Assembly (NCBI GenBank): GCA_046757165.1
Contig: JBHHXT010000106.1
Coordinates: forward strand, 1 to 15,813
Direction of reading: 5' to 3'
Length of the DNA stretch: 15,813 nucleotides
Origin: a bacterium
GTDB taxonomy: Bacteria; Zhuqueibacterota; Zhuqueibacteria; Oceanimicrobiales; Oceanimicrobiaceae
Shown: positions 1 to 6,891 of the stretch, piece by piece
How positions within the stretch are numbered: position 1 is the first letter of the stretch
Layout: each line of letters starts with the position of its first letter
Notes under the pieces: generated by a model
The model's input: the letters and a program-made list of their open reading frames with translations, nothing else
Database searches by the model: none
What the model was told of the DNA's origin: nothing
Made by a program: the position numbers and the translations under genes

Positions 1-203
1 ATTTTTTTGAAGACTTCTTCTCCGGGAACGGCCGTCACCTCGCCAGACCGCAACTCTTTCAGTCGCTGCTTTGCCACAGCTGTCCACTTCTTATCAATCT
101 CTGACTCAGGTGGGTTAAGGCTTCTTAGAAGCGAGTCGACAACCAGCGCTCTTTCCTCGACCGGAAGAGAAATCGCTTCTGCTATTAACTCTTTCGTTTT
201 CAT
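1..203 (-). CDS. Putative addiction module antitoxin component (TIGR02574/Unstab_antitox-like), 3' end truncated by the window edge
   Basis: Manual translation from ATG 203: [67 protein letters not shown]..., open to base 1. The LPxEERAxxxxxLLxSL...W...A..R...L.SGEV..VPGEEVF pattern is typical of this family. Absent from the ORF track. Confidence 0.85.
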   Translation of the reverse strand, partial: MKTKELIAEAISLPVEERALVVDSLLRSLNPPESEIDKKWTAVAKQRLKELRSGEVTAVPGEEVFKK

Positions 204-244
204 GGGTCACCCATCTGATCTATTTGACTCATATTTGTTTACTC

Positions 245-272
245 CCCTGACATAAGTGCGTTTATGAGGAAA
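245..272. other. dif/pdif-like XerC/XerD recombination site (11-6-11 bp)
   Basis: Minus strand reads TTTCCTCATAA-ACGCAC-TTATGTCAGGG; E. coli dif is GGTGCGCATAA-TGTATA-TTATGTTAAAT. The inner CATAA-N6-TTATG core is exact and the outer bases diverge. Confidence 0.5.
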
Positions 273-403
273 CTTATTAACGGTAACTGCGGATCGTGGC
301 CAACGGATTCAGAGATTTGATGGCGTGCATCACACACAGCCTCGCTTCTTAAAGTAAGGATATTGAGCAGTAAATGCAATATTTAAACTTCCCAAAAGCT
401 TGG

Positions 404-1993
404 TTAACGCTGCATGTCCAAGATCGGGAGACTGATTTGAAACTGCGTCCCCTGCCCTTTCTTGCTCGCCAGCGAAATATCTCCACCGTGCTCGATGACG
501 ATTCGTTTGACAATTGCCAGCCCCAGCCCCATGCCGCTTTTCTTGGTAGAAAAGTAAGGCTCGAACACTTTGGCCTGCAGGTCCGGTGGAATTCCCGTGC
601 CCGTGTCCGAGTAGTCCAGGCGAATCGAGCCGTTTTCTTTGCGCGTTTGCAGCAAGATTCCGCCCTGCCCCTTTTCTTTGATACTGTCCATGCCGTTTTC
701 GATCAGGTTGATGAGGGCGCGGCGCATCTTTTCGTGGTCGAAGCGCGTCTCCGGCAATGTCGAGTCCAGCTCGAGCTCAATGTTGTCATTCGGATAGATC
801 TTACGCACCTCCTCGACCAGCTCGTTGAGATTGCCAGGAGTCAGGTTCAGTTTCGGCATGCGTGCAAACTCAGAAAATTCCCGCACCAGCGCGCGTAAGC
901 TTTCGATTTCATCAGTGATGATCTCCGTGCACTCCGCCAGCAGCTTTTCGTATTCCGGGTCCTCCCCCCCATACCTGTCTTTCAACTGTTGCACGGTGAG
1001 CTGGATCGGCGTCAGCGGGTTTTTGATCTCGTGCGCCAGCACGCGCGCGATCTCGCGCCAGACCGCCATTTTCTCCAGCGCGATGACCTGGTCTTGCTTT
1101 TCTTTGAGCGCCACCACCATGCGGTTGAATGCCTCGCCGAGCACGCCGATCTCATCCTTCGTCTGCACCTCGACCCGGTAGTCCCAGTCCCCGGCGGCCA
1201 CCTTTTGCGTCCCCCTGGCCAGCGTGAGCAGCGGCGAAGTCACTTTGCGGGAAAAATAGATGCCCAGCGCGATGGAAAGCGCGGCCAGGGGCGTATAGAC
1301 GGCGAAGAACACAAGCAGGAATCCACGCGTCAAATCGCCCTCGAAAAAACTCAGGGTCTTGAACATTTGCAGCACCTTGACGACCAGCTCGCGTTTCTTC
1401 GTGAATGCCTCATCGATTTTTCGGGTCACAACCAGCGAGCCAATTCGCCGCTTTGGTCCGTGCACGGGGGCAAAGGCTACAATCACGCCCGGCCCGCTGG
1501 CGCTCTCCAGGATGGCCGGGTCATTTTTGTTGGCCAGGGGTTGGATGACGTTTTGATACAGAGATTTGAAGTTACCAGCGCCGGCAGTCGCACCTGAGGT
1601 CAGCCCCTGCTCCTGTCCAGAGTTGTGGGGAGAATCGGTTGTGGCTGAGCGCAACAGGCGCCCGGTGAGATCAAAAACGTCCACCTTTGCGCTTCCCAGA
1701 CTGTTTATTCTGGACACCACGCCTGCGGGGATGGCGGAGCCGCGGGTGATCACCTTCTGTGTCGACTCCAGGGCGGCCAGCTCAGCGGCCAGTGCCAGCG
1801 TTTCTTCTTTATGTTTTGCGTACAGGTCGCTCGAAATCCCGTAGGCCGACTCCAGCGCGCGCTCGACATTTTGGTTGTAGCCGACTTCAATGCTCTGCTG
1901 CAGAAGATTCTTGATCACGTAGTAGACGGGTAGCACGGGCAGCAGCGTGATCAACAAGAGAGAGAGAATCAGTTTTGTCCGAATTCGTTTCAT
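404..1993 (-). CDS. NtrY-like membrane sensor histidine kinase (TM - periplasmic domain - TM - HAMP - HisKA - HATPase)
   Basis: Two hydrophobic segments; HAMP (TSPLLTLARGTQKVAAGDWDY...DEIGVLGEAFNRM); NtrY-type H-box WREIARVLAHEIKNPLTPIQL; N box NLIENG; G1 DTGTGI; F box FEPYFSTK; G2 GMGLGLAIV. Confidence 0.93.
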   Translation of the reverse strand: MKRIRTKLILSLLLITLLPVLPVYYVIKNLLQQSIEVGYNQNVERALESAYGISSDLYAKHKEETLALAAELAALESTQKVITRGSAIPAGVVSRINSLGSAKVDVFDLTGRLLRSATTDSPHNSGQEQGLTSGATAGAGNFKSLYQNVIQPLANKNDPAILESASGPGVIVAFAPVHGPKRRIGSLVVTRKIDEAFTKKRELVVKVLQMFKTLSFFEGDLTRGFLLVFFAVYTPLAALSIALGIYFSRKVTSPLLTLARGTQKVAAGDWDYRVEVQTKDEIGVLGEAFNRMVVALKEKQDQVIALEKMAVWREIARVLAHEIKNPLTPIQLTVQQLKDRYGGEDPEYEKLLAECTEIITDEIESLRALVREFSEFARMPKLNLTPGNLNELVEEVRKIYPNDNIELELDSTLPETRFDHEKMRRALINLIENGMDSIKEKGQGGILLQTRKENGSIRLDYSDTGTGIPPDLQAKVFEPYFSTKKSGMGLGLAIVKRIVIEHGGDISLASKKGQGTQFQISLPILDMQR

Positions 1994-2664
1994 GGCCGCA
2001 GATCACGAAGCCGAAACTTCGTCGAGGAGAACCACTCAGAGGCATAGCTGGATTTTTTCTTGCTGCTGACGAAAAACGAGACCAGTTTGTTGAGGTTTAA
2101 CTGGAAGCCGCTGGCGCGATTTTCCGAAGCGATCGCCTCTTCGGTCTGGTTCGGGTCCAGGAGCCAATCGGTCACTTTTTCCGCCTGGCGTGTCGAGATA
2201 GGGACAATGCCGACACGAATTTGTACGACGTAGCGCTGATTGTCGTTCACCCCACGCAGTGGCGGCAAGGCCTCGTTGTCGAGCCGCTGGCTGGCCTCTT
2301 TTGCTGCTTCAAAATCAGTGAAAACATAAGCAGAATCTTCGGCCAGCACTGTGTATCTCTCCTCCCAGATATCATATGAAACCGTTCTGGTAAGGCGCTT
2401 GCGGAGCACGCTCTTCCCCTTCCCGTCTTGTAGCCTGATTTCGATCTGAATGATGGACGGCAAGCCACTTTGGATGGTGCCGGTGATCTTCTTTGAAAAG
2501 AGATTCCTGAACTCGGCTGAAACGGCCAGCGTGCGGTCGCGTATGGAAGGGATAATTTGCTCGACGCGGATCTCGCTGTCATTCTGAGCCAGGAGGAAAG
2601 GTGCAGGGTTCAAAGCCGTCAGGACCAAATAGACAGAGAGGAGCTTTTTAACAACTGTGCTCAA
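1990..2664 (-). CDS. Exported DUF4390-like protein
   Basis: Signal peptide (KKLLSVYLVLTALNPAPFLLA-Q). The segments IQSGLPSIIQIEIRL and RTVSYDIWEERYTV resemble DUF4390, a family known to sit directly upstream of ntrY-like kinases. TTG start overlaps the Omp85 stop (TTGA) and its stop overlaps the kinase ATG (ATGA). Confidence 0.72.
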   Translation of the reverse strand: MSTVVKKLLSVYLVLTALNPAPFLLAQNDSEIRVEQIIPSIRDRTLAVSAEFRNLFSKKITGTIQSGLPSIIQIEIRLQDGKGKSVLRKRLTRTVSYDIWEERYTVLAEDSAYVFTDFEAAKEASQRLDNEALPPLRGVNDNQRYVVQIRVGIVPISTRQAEKVTDWLLDPNQTEEAIASENRASGFQLNLNKLVSFFVSSKKKSSYASEWFSSTKFRLRDLRP

Positions 2665-4067
2665 AAAGTGTGCCCCAAAGATATATGAAAATGAAAATCC
2701 TTTGCGTCAATTTTCTCGAGCGGAAACGCGAAATCAAAGCGCGTCATCCCGATGATTGGCAACCGGGTTCTGATTCCGAAGCCGAGCGAGGTGAAAAAAT
2801 CACCGATATCGGGGTCTTCGCCGGGCAGCCAGATCCCGCCGGCATCAAAAAACAGGACGCCAGAGGTCTTATGGTATGGGAATTTTGACTTTGTCAGCGG
2901 GAATCTGAATTCCGTATTGGTCAAGATGAGTTTGGTTCCCCACCCTTCCGGGGTCAAGCGCCGGTTTGGGTAGCCACGCAGTGAGTTCGCGCCTCCGAGG
3001 TAAAACCGCTCATAAAAAGGGGAGTCCCGCGTGGTATAGGCCGCTTTGAGATGAAACGCGAGCACGCGCGTGTCAAACACGCTGTGATAAAAGCGGGCAT
3101 CGAGGGTAACCTTTGGAAAGTTCGCCTTGCCCGCAAGCGCTTCATTGGCAGTCTCACCGGTGAGGGCACCCCACCATCCTCTGAGTGGAAAGACCGGATT
3201 GTCGCGAGAATCTGCGTACAGCCCCAGCGCCAGGGCTTCGATCTCGGTTTCCTCCAGATCGTCGAGGATGCCAGTCGGCAGGTCTGTAATTTTATCGCCG
3301 CTCTCACTCGTCGCGAAGTCGTCGGCATCATACGTTTGTTTGCGGTAGGCGAGAAAAAGATGCTTGAAGACGCCGCGGGTGCCGCCAAGTTTTAGCCTGA
3401 GGCCGCCAAATCCGACCTTCTGCTCTGTTCTGTCGCTGCCAAAGTAGTGGATAAAGATCTTCTCACCGCCTGCGAGCTCGGCGTCGATGAAAGCCGCGCC
3501 GCTGAAAATCGTGTTGTGGTAGGAGAGCGAAAGCTTGCCGATGTTATCGCCGATCGTCCATCGCAGCGCGAGCAGGCTGCCGCGGCCAAAGGCGTTGTCA
3601 TAGCGCAGCCCGGCCGGCACGAAATAGAACCCATCCAGGTCGTTGTGCCCGCCTTCAAACTGAAAGTAAGGCAGTTTGCGCTCTTTGACCTCGACGATGA
3701 CCACAACTTGACCTTTCTCAGAACCCGGTCGCGTGTACAAGTTGACTTCCTTGAAGAAGTTGGTCTGCGATAGACGCTGCTGGTTCAGCTCCAGAATGCC
3801 GGGCGTGAGCACGTCGCCGGGGCGAATGGTCATACGGCTGATAATGACATTCGGTTTCGTCTTGGTCAGGCCCTCGAATTCAAACCCTTCCAGGAATAGC
3901 CGATGGTCCCGTATCTGGCCGTGTGAAGGCTGCGGCAGGAGCACCAGAAGAGTGAACACTGCCAGCAGCAGCGTAAGAGTGGGGAAGGTCAGCAGCCTGG
4001 TTCCTGCTTTGCAGGAATCCGGGCTGCTTTGACGCTTCTTTGCCTTTTTGAACAGGATAGGGGTCAT
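2661..4067 (-). CDS. Omp85/BamA-TamA family outer-membrane protein with a single POTRA domain
   Basis: Signal peptide; one POTRA (about aa 57-130, FEFEGLTKTKPNVI...GQVVVIVEVKER); barrel motifs FYLGGANSLRGY and FFDAG; C-terminal beta-signal FHFHISLGHTF ending in Phe. Confidence 0.9.
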   Translation of the reverse strand: MTPILFKKAKKRQSSPDSCKAGTRLLTFPTLTLLLAVFTLLVLLPQPSHGQIRDHRLFLEGFEFEGLTKTKPNVIISRMTIRPGDVLTPGILELNQQRLSQTNFFKEVNLYTRPGSEKGQVVVIVEVKERKLPYFQFEGGHNDLDGFYFVPAGLRYDNAFGRGSLLALRWTIGDNIGKLSLSYHNTIFSGAAFIDAELAGGEKIFIHYFGSDRTEQKVGFGGLRLKLGGTRGVFKHLFLAYRKQTYDADDFATSESGDKITDLPTGILDDLEETEIEALALGLYADSRDNPVFPLRGWWGALTGETANEALAGKANFPKVTLDARFYHSVFDTRVLAFHLKAAYTTRDSPFYERFYLGGANSLRGYPNRRLTPEGWGTKLILTNTEFRFPLTKSKFPYHKTSGVLFFDAGGIWLPGEDPDIGDFFTSLGFGIRTRLPIIGMTRFDFAFPLEKIDAKDFHFHISLGHTF

Positions 4068-4076
4068 AGACGGGCA

Positions 4077-4105
4077 AATTTAAAGGAAATGTCAGATAAG
4101 TGCAA
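4077..4105 (-). promoter_or_regulatory. Candidate sigma70-type promoter for the Omp85-DUF4390-kinase operon
   Basis: TTGCAC-N17-TAAATT on the minus strand, ending about 10 nt before ATG 4067. TAAATTTG also fits the Bacteroidota-type TAnnTTTG element. Confidence 0.45.
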
Positions 4106-4137
4106 GGAATATGTGAACGATCAGGAGATAAGAATTA

Positions 4138-4210
4138 AGACGAGACTGTGCCAAAAGCCGCCTGCGTTTGCAGGCATCGATACCAGGCCTGCTTTTGGAC
4201 AGTCTCGTCT
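4138..4210. repeat. Long imperfect inverted repeat (terminator, RNA stabiliser or REP/MITE-like element)
   Basis: Left arm AGACGAGACTGTGCCAAAAGCCGCCTG versus reverse complement of the right arm AGACGAGACTGTCCAAAAGCAGGCCTG; alternative inner hairpin GCCTGC-GTTT-GCAGGC (4160-4175). Begins about 20 nt after the lipoprotein stop. Confidence 0.75.
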
Positions 4211-4229
4211 CTGGAATCAGAAACCGCGG

Positions 4230-5663
4230 TTAGCTGCGCTTGGTGACCGTAACCGACCCATCAGGATGAATGACCACGTCATAGACGTCCTCCCCTTCGG
4301 TCACAACACCCTGGCCCGAGCCATCCGGGTAAAAATCGAAGACGGCCGTGATAATGGGATCGTCGCCGTTTTCGAAAGCAACTTCGGAGGCATAGACCTG
4401 GAATTCCAGGTGAGCGCTGTCATCCGGGTAGCCCTGGGCGGTAAAGACCACGAAGGTCTCGTCTGCGTTGGTCCACTCGCCACCAATCTGGTCAACCTCC
4501 GGGGTCTCGGTGATCGTGATAAAGCCGTGGCTGCCATCGCTGTTTTCGACGTTGAGCGTGGTGATCAGGATATCGCCTTCACGAGTCTGGCTGACCTCGA
4601 CGCTTTCCCGCTGCACGTCCCCTTCGAGCGGGGTCACTTCGCGCTCAAAGGAGCCACTCAGCGTGCCATCGGCCTGGTTCAACACGAACTGGCCGGATTC
4701 CGAAATCGATGCCGGGTCGTGGCCCTCAGGGAAGGTGATAGTCAGGGTGTATCCGCCCTCGCCGTCTTCTTCAGCGCTGTCAAAGGTGCCGCTGATCTGC
4801 GTGCCGTCGCGCCGGCTTTCTTCAAAGGTGCCGGTGCCATCCAGGTTGAACGTGACGGACTCGGAATGCGTGGTGTTGTCGGAAAAGACCGAGGTTTTGG
4901 AGAAACTGCCGCCGCTGTCTGCGTGGTACTCAAAGCGCGCACTGGTGCTGCTGATGAAGCTCGAGCTGGAATAGGTGATGTCGCTGGTGAGCACCCCGCC
5001 GTCAGGCTCTGTGCCCGGCGCGTGCTCGTCCGGGACAAAACGGCCCATCTCTTCCCGGATCAGTTGCCCCGGTTTGTACCGCTTCAGATTCATCAGCGAG
5101 AGCAAGACGTCATCCGACTCGTTCAACAGCGTCCCGTTCAGATCCGCTTTGACTTCGGTTGAATCATACTCCAGGGGATGAGTTTCACGATAATCAAAAC
5201 CGACGACAAAGAAACGAGCTGTGCCGGATTCGGCATTGTAGATCAAGCTCACCCGGTACGTCACCCCTGCCACCGTGTCGCGTTCAGTGACATCAAAGAT
5301 CACTGAGTCGGAGGTGGCGCTCTGCAGGCGATTGAGCGCATCCGGACGTTTTCTGAGCGCCACCAGCGCTTTGTTCTTGACCGTGCGGGAATAGGCGAGC
5401 GCCGCACCCGGCGTTTCGAACTGCGGAATATCCAGCTTGGTGATCTGATTCGAGTCGACGATCAGGCTGGTGATCTGCTCGAAAGAGGCAACGTTCTGAT
5501 AGATGTCGACGCCAGTCTTGCTCGCAGTTTGGACTTTCACGTTTTCCGCCGGCTTGTTGTCAGGCGCTGCCGGGTTGTCTGTGGAAGAGCATCCCAGGTG
5601 CACGAAGTAGGAGAGGCAGAGCATAACAAGGATCCTCGAGAGGGTTGATTGTAGGTGTTTCAT
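4230..5663 (-). CDS. Uncharacterised acidic, beta-rich lipoprotein
   Basis: 477-aa ORF with RBS AAAGGAG (5670-5676) 6 nt before the ATG. Lipobox-like HLG-C25 after a hydrophobic stretch, then a flexible SSTDNPAAP linker. Recurrent DGxG/DGS turns in the C-terminal half. Confidence 0.85.
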   Translation of the reverse strand: MKHLQSTLSRILVMLCLSYFVHLGCSSTDNPAAPDNKPAENVKVQTASKTGVDIYQNVASFEQITSLIVDSNQITKLDIPQFETPGAALAYSRTVKNKALVALRKRPDALNRLQSATSDSVIFDVTERDTVAGVTYRVSLIYNAESGTARFFVVGFDYRETHPLEYDSTEVKADLNGTLLNESDDVLLSLMNLKRYKPGQLIREEMGRFVPDEHAPGTEPDGGVLTSDITYSSSSFISSTSARFEYHADSGGSFSKTSVFSDNTTHSESVTFNLDGTGTFEESRRDGTQISGTFDSAEEDGEGGYTLTITFPEGHDPASISESGQFVLNQADGTLSGSFEREVTPLEGDVQRESVEVSQTREGDILITTLNVENSDGSHGFITITETPEVDQIGGEWTNADETFVVFTAQGYPDDSAHLEFQVYASEVAFENGDDPIITAVFDFYPDGSGQGVVTEGEDVYDVVIHPDGSVTVTKRS

Positions 5664-5740
5664 GATAGACTCCTTTCAATTATTTGGGTTAAAGTAAGAC
5701 CGGTCATGCATGATTTGATCAAATGGTCATGCGGGGAGGA

Positions 5741-5756
5741 ATCAATTATCGGGCCA
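5741..5756 (-). promoter_or_regulatory. Candidate sigma-54 (-24/-12) promoter of the lipoprotein gene
   Basis: TGGCCCG-ATAA-TTGAT versus consensus TGGCACG-N4-TTGCW: correct spacing, with GA in place of GC at -12. It lies about 80 nt upstream of the ATG. Confidence 0.55.
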
Positions 5757-5785
5757 GGATTTCAAGCGAGTGACTGAACCTGAAG

Positions 5786-5798
5786 TAACCGTATGTTT
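5786..5798 (-). promoter_or_regulatory. Candidate IHF-binding site
   Basis: AAACATACGGTTA versus WATCAANNNNTTR (two mismatches), with an AT-rich flank, located between the sigma-54 motif and the candidate UAS. Confidence 0.3.
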
Positions 5799-5866
5799 TA
5801 TATGGCTTGAAAGATGACTCACCGCAGCGAATACAACCAGAACTTGCGTGTGCAAGCGGACAACAG

Positions 5867-5884
5867 TGTAGAGATTCTTCGACA
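5867..5884. promoter_or_regulatory. Candidate enhancer (UAS) for a sigma-54 activator
   Basis: Imperfect palindrome TGTAGAGATTCTTCGACA (TGTnGA-N6-TCnACA), about 110-130 bp upstream of the -24 element. Confidence 0.35.
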
Positions 5885-6056
5885 GTTCAGGGGGATATTT
5901 TGAAATCCTAATTCGTTGGTATTCATATTCACGCAGCCGTGCACTTCAAAGCATACAGGATATTCTCAAAGTCTCTCTCCTGAAATGCTTCGAACAGCTC
6001 GCTGAAATTGTGGGTGAGAATCGATTGAGTACCCAGAAAGTCAACTATTAGTTAAG

Positions 6057-6605
6057 TCAAGCAAAAAACGGATTGTACAAACGCTCGACCTCCACGGTCG
6101 ACGGCGCGCCATGTCCCGGATAAATGGTGGTGTTTCCAGGCAGGTGCAAAACTTTGTCCCAGACGGCGCGGTTTTGCTGCCAGAAATTTTCGCGCGAGGC
6201 GGTGCCACCCACGGCTCCTGAGAAAATGGCGTCGCCGACAAAAACACGATCCCGGATGATGTAACAGACCCCATCTGGCGTATGACCGGGTGTTTCAAAA
6301 ACTCGCATGGTTTCGTCGCAGAATGGGATCGTGTCTCCCTCAGCAACCTGGTGGTCATAGCCGCTCTCAGCCGCGTAGATCGGGACCGGGTAGCTCTTTT
6401 TTAGCTCGGAAATGCCGTTGATGTGGTCGTAGTGTGTGTGGGTCAGGAGCAGAAATCTGAGCTGGAGACCATGGCTCTTGATGGCGCCATGGATGTCGTC
6501 TGTGAAGGCGCCACAGTCGACCAGGAAGGCGTCTTTTGTGGCTTCGTCAAAGGTCAGATAAACATTGACATAGTTGAGGTCCAACGCGAACTGAATAATC
6601 TTCAT
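6057..6605 (-). CDS. MBL-fold metallo-hydrolase (glyoxalase II-like)
   Basis: LVDCG, THTHYDH (HxHxDH), TPGHT, VGDAIF and YPGHG metal-binding motifs; AGGA RBS-like sequence upstream. Confidence 0.92.
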   Translation of the reverse strand: MKIIQFALDLNYVNVYLTFDEATKDAFLVDCGAFTDDIHGAIKSHGLQLRFLLLTHTHYDHINGISELKKSYPVPIYAAESGYDHQVAEGDTIPFCDETMRVFETPGHTPDGVCYIIRDRVFVGDAIFSGAVGGTASRENFWQQNRAVWDKVLHLPGNTTIYPGHGAPSTVEVERLYNPFFA

Positions 6606-6742
6606 GTGCTCATCCTGCTTTTACCCGATGGCCGTCAGAAAGAATGCGGCAAAACCGGCAACCGCCACGGCCTGCCGCTGCCTGAAACTACACAACGACA
6701 ACGAAACAATCAACCAAAAGAACGATGGCACAGAATGTTGCG

Positions 6743-6758
6743 TGCACGGCTTGTACCA
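6743..6758 (-). promoter_or_regulatory. Weak candidate sigma-54 promoter upstream of the MBL hydrolase
   Basis: TGGTACA-AGCC-GTGCA has exact GG-N10-GC spacing and several mismatches to consensus. Confidence 0.3.
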
Positions 6759-6891
6759 ACCGCTTGCCGCATCTTGTCTCGGGTCAGCTTATTCCATGGA
6801 AAAACTAATCAACGATTCCGAGTCGTGGGGAGCTGAGCCGGGTGCAGCAGGTAGGAATCAATGGACTTGAACAGGGGGAGGGGGTGGAGCT

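Noticed and set aside
7..255. + strand 82-aa ORF
   Set aside because: Antisense shadow of the antitoxin gene, with no recognisable motifs.
204..403. Integron attC site next to the TA gene
   Set aside because: I could not find paired RYYYAAC/GTTRRRY boxes with a long hairpin; a dif-like 11-6-11 site fits better.
374..1844. Several + strand ORFs (374..898, 825..1181, 989..1597, 1566..1844)
   Set aside because: Antisense to the well-supported histidine kinase.
4029..5162. 377-aa + strand ORF
   Set aside because: Antisense shadow of the lipoprotein, which has an RBS and lipobox; long shadow ORFs are expected in GC-rich coding DNA.
6726..6741. TGGCACAGAATGTTGC sigma-54-like motif on the + strand
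   Set aside because: GG-to-GC spacing is 11 nt rather than the required 10, and no credible + strand gene follows.
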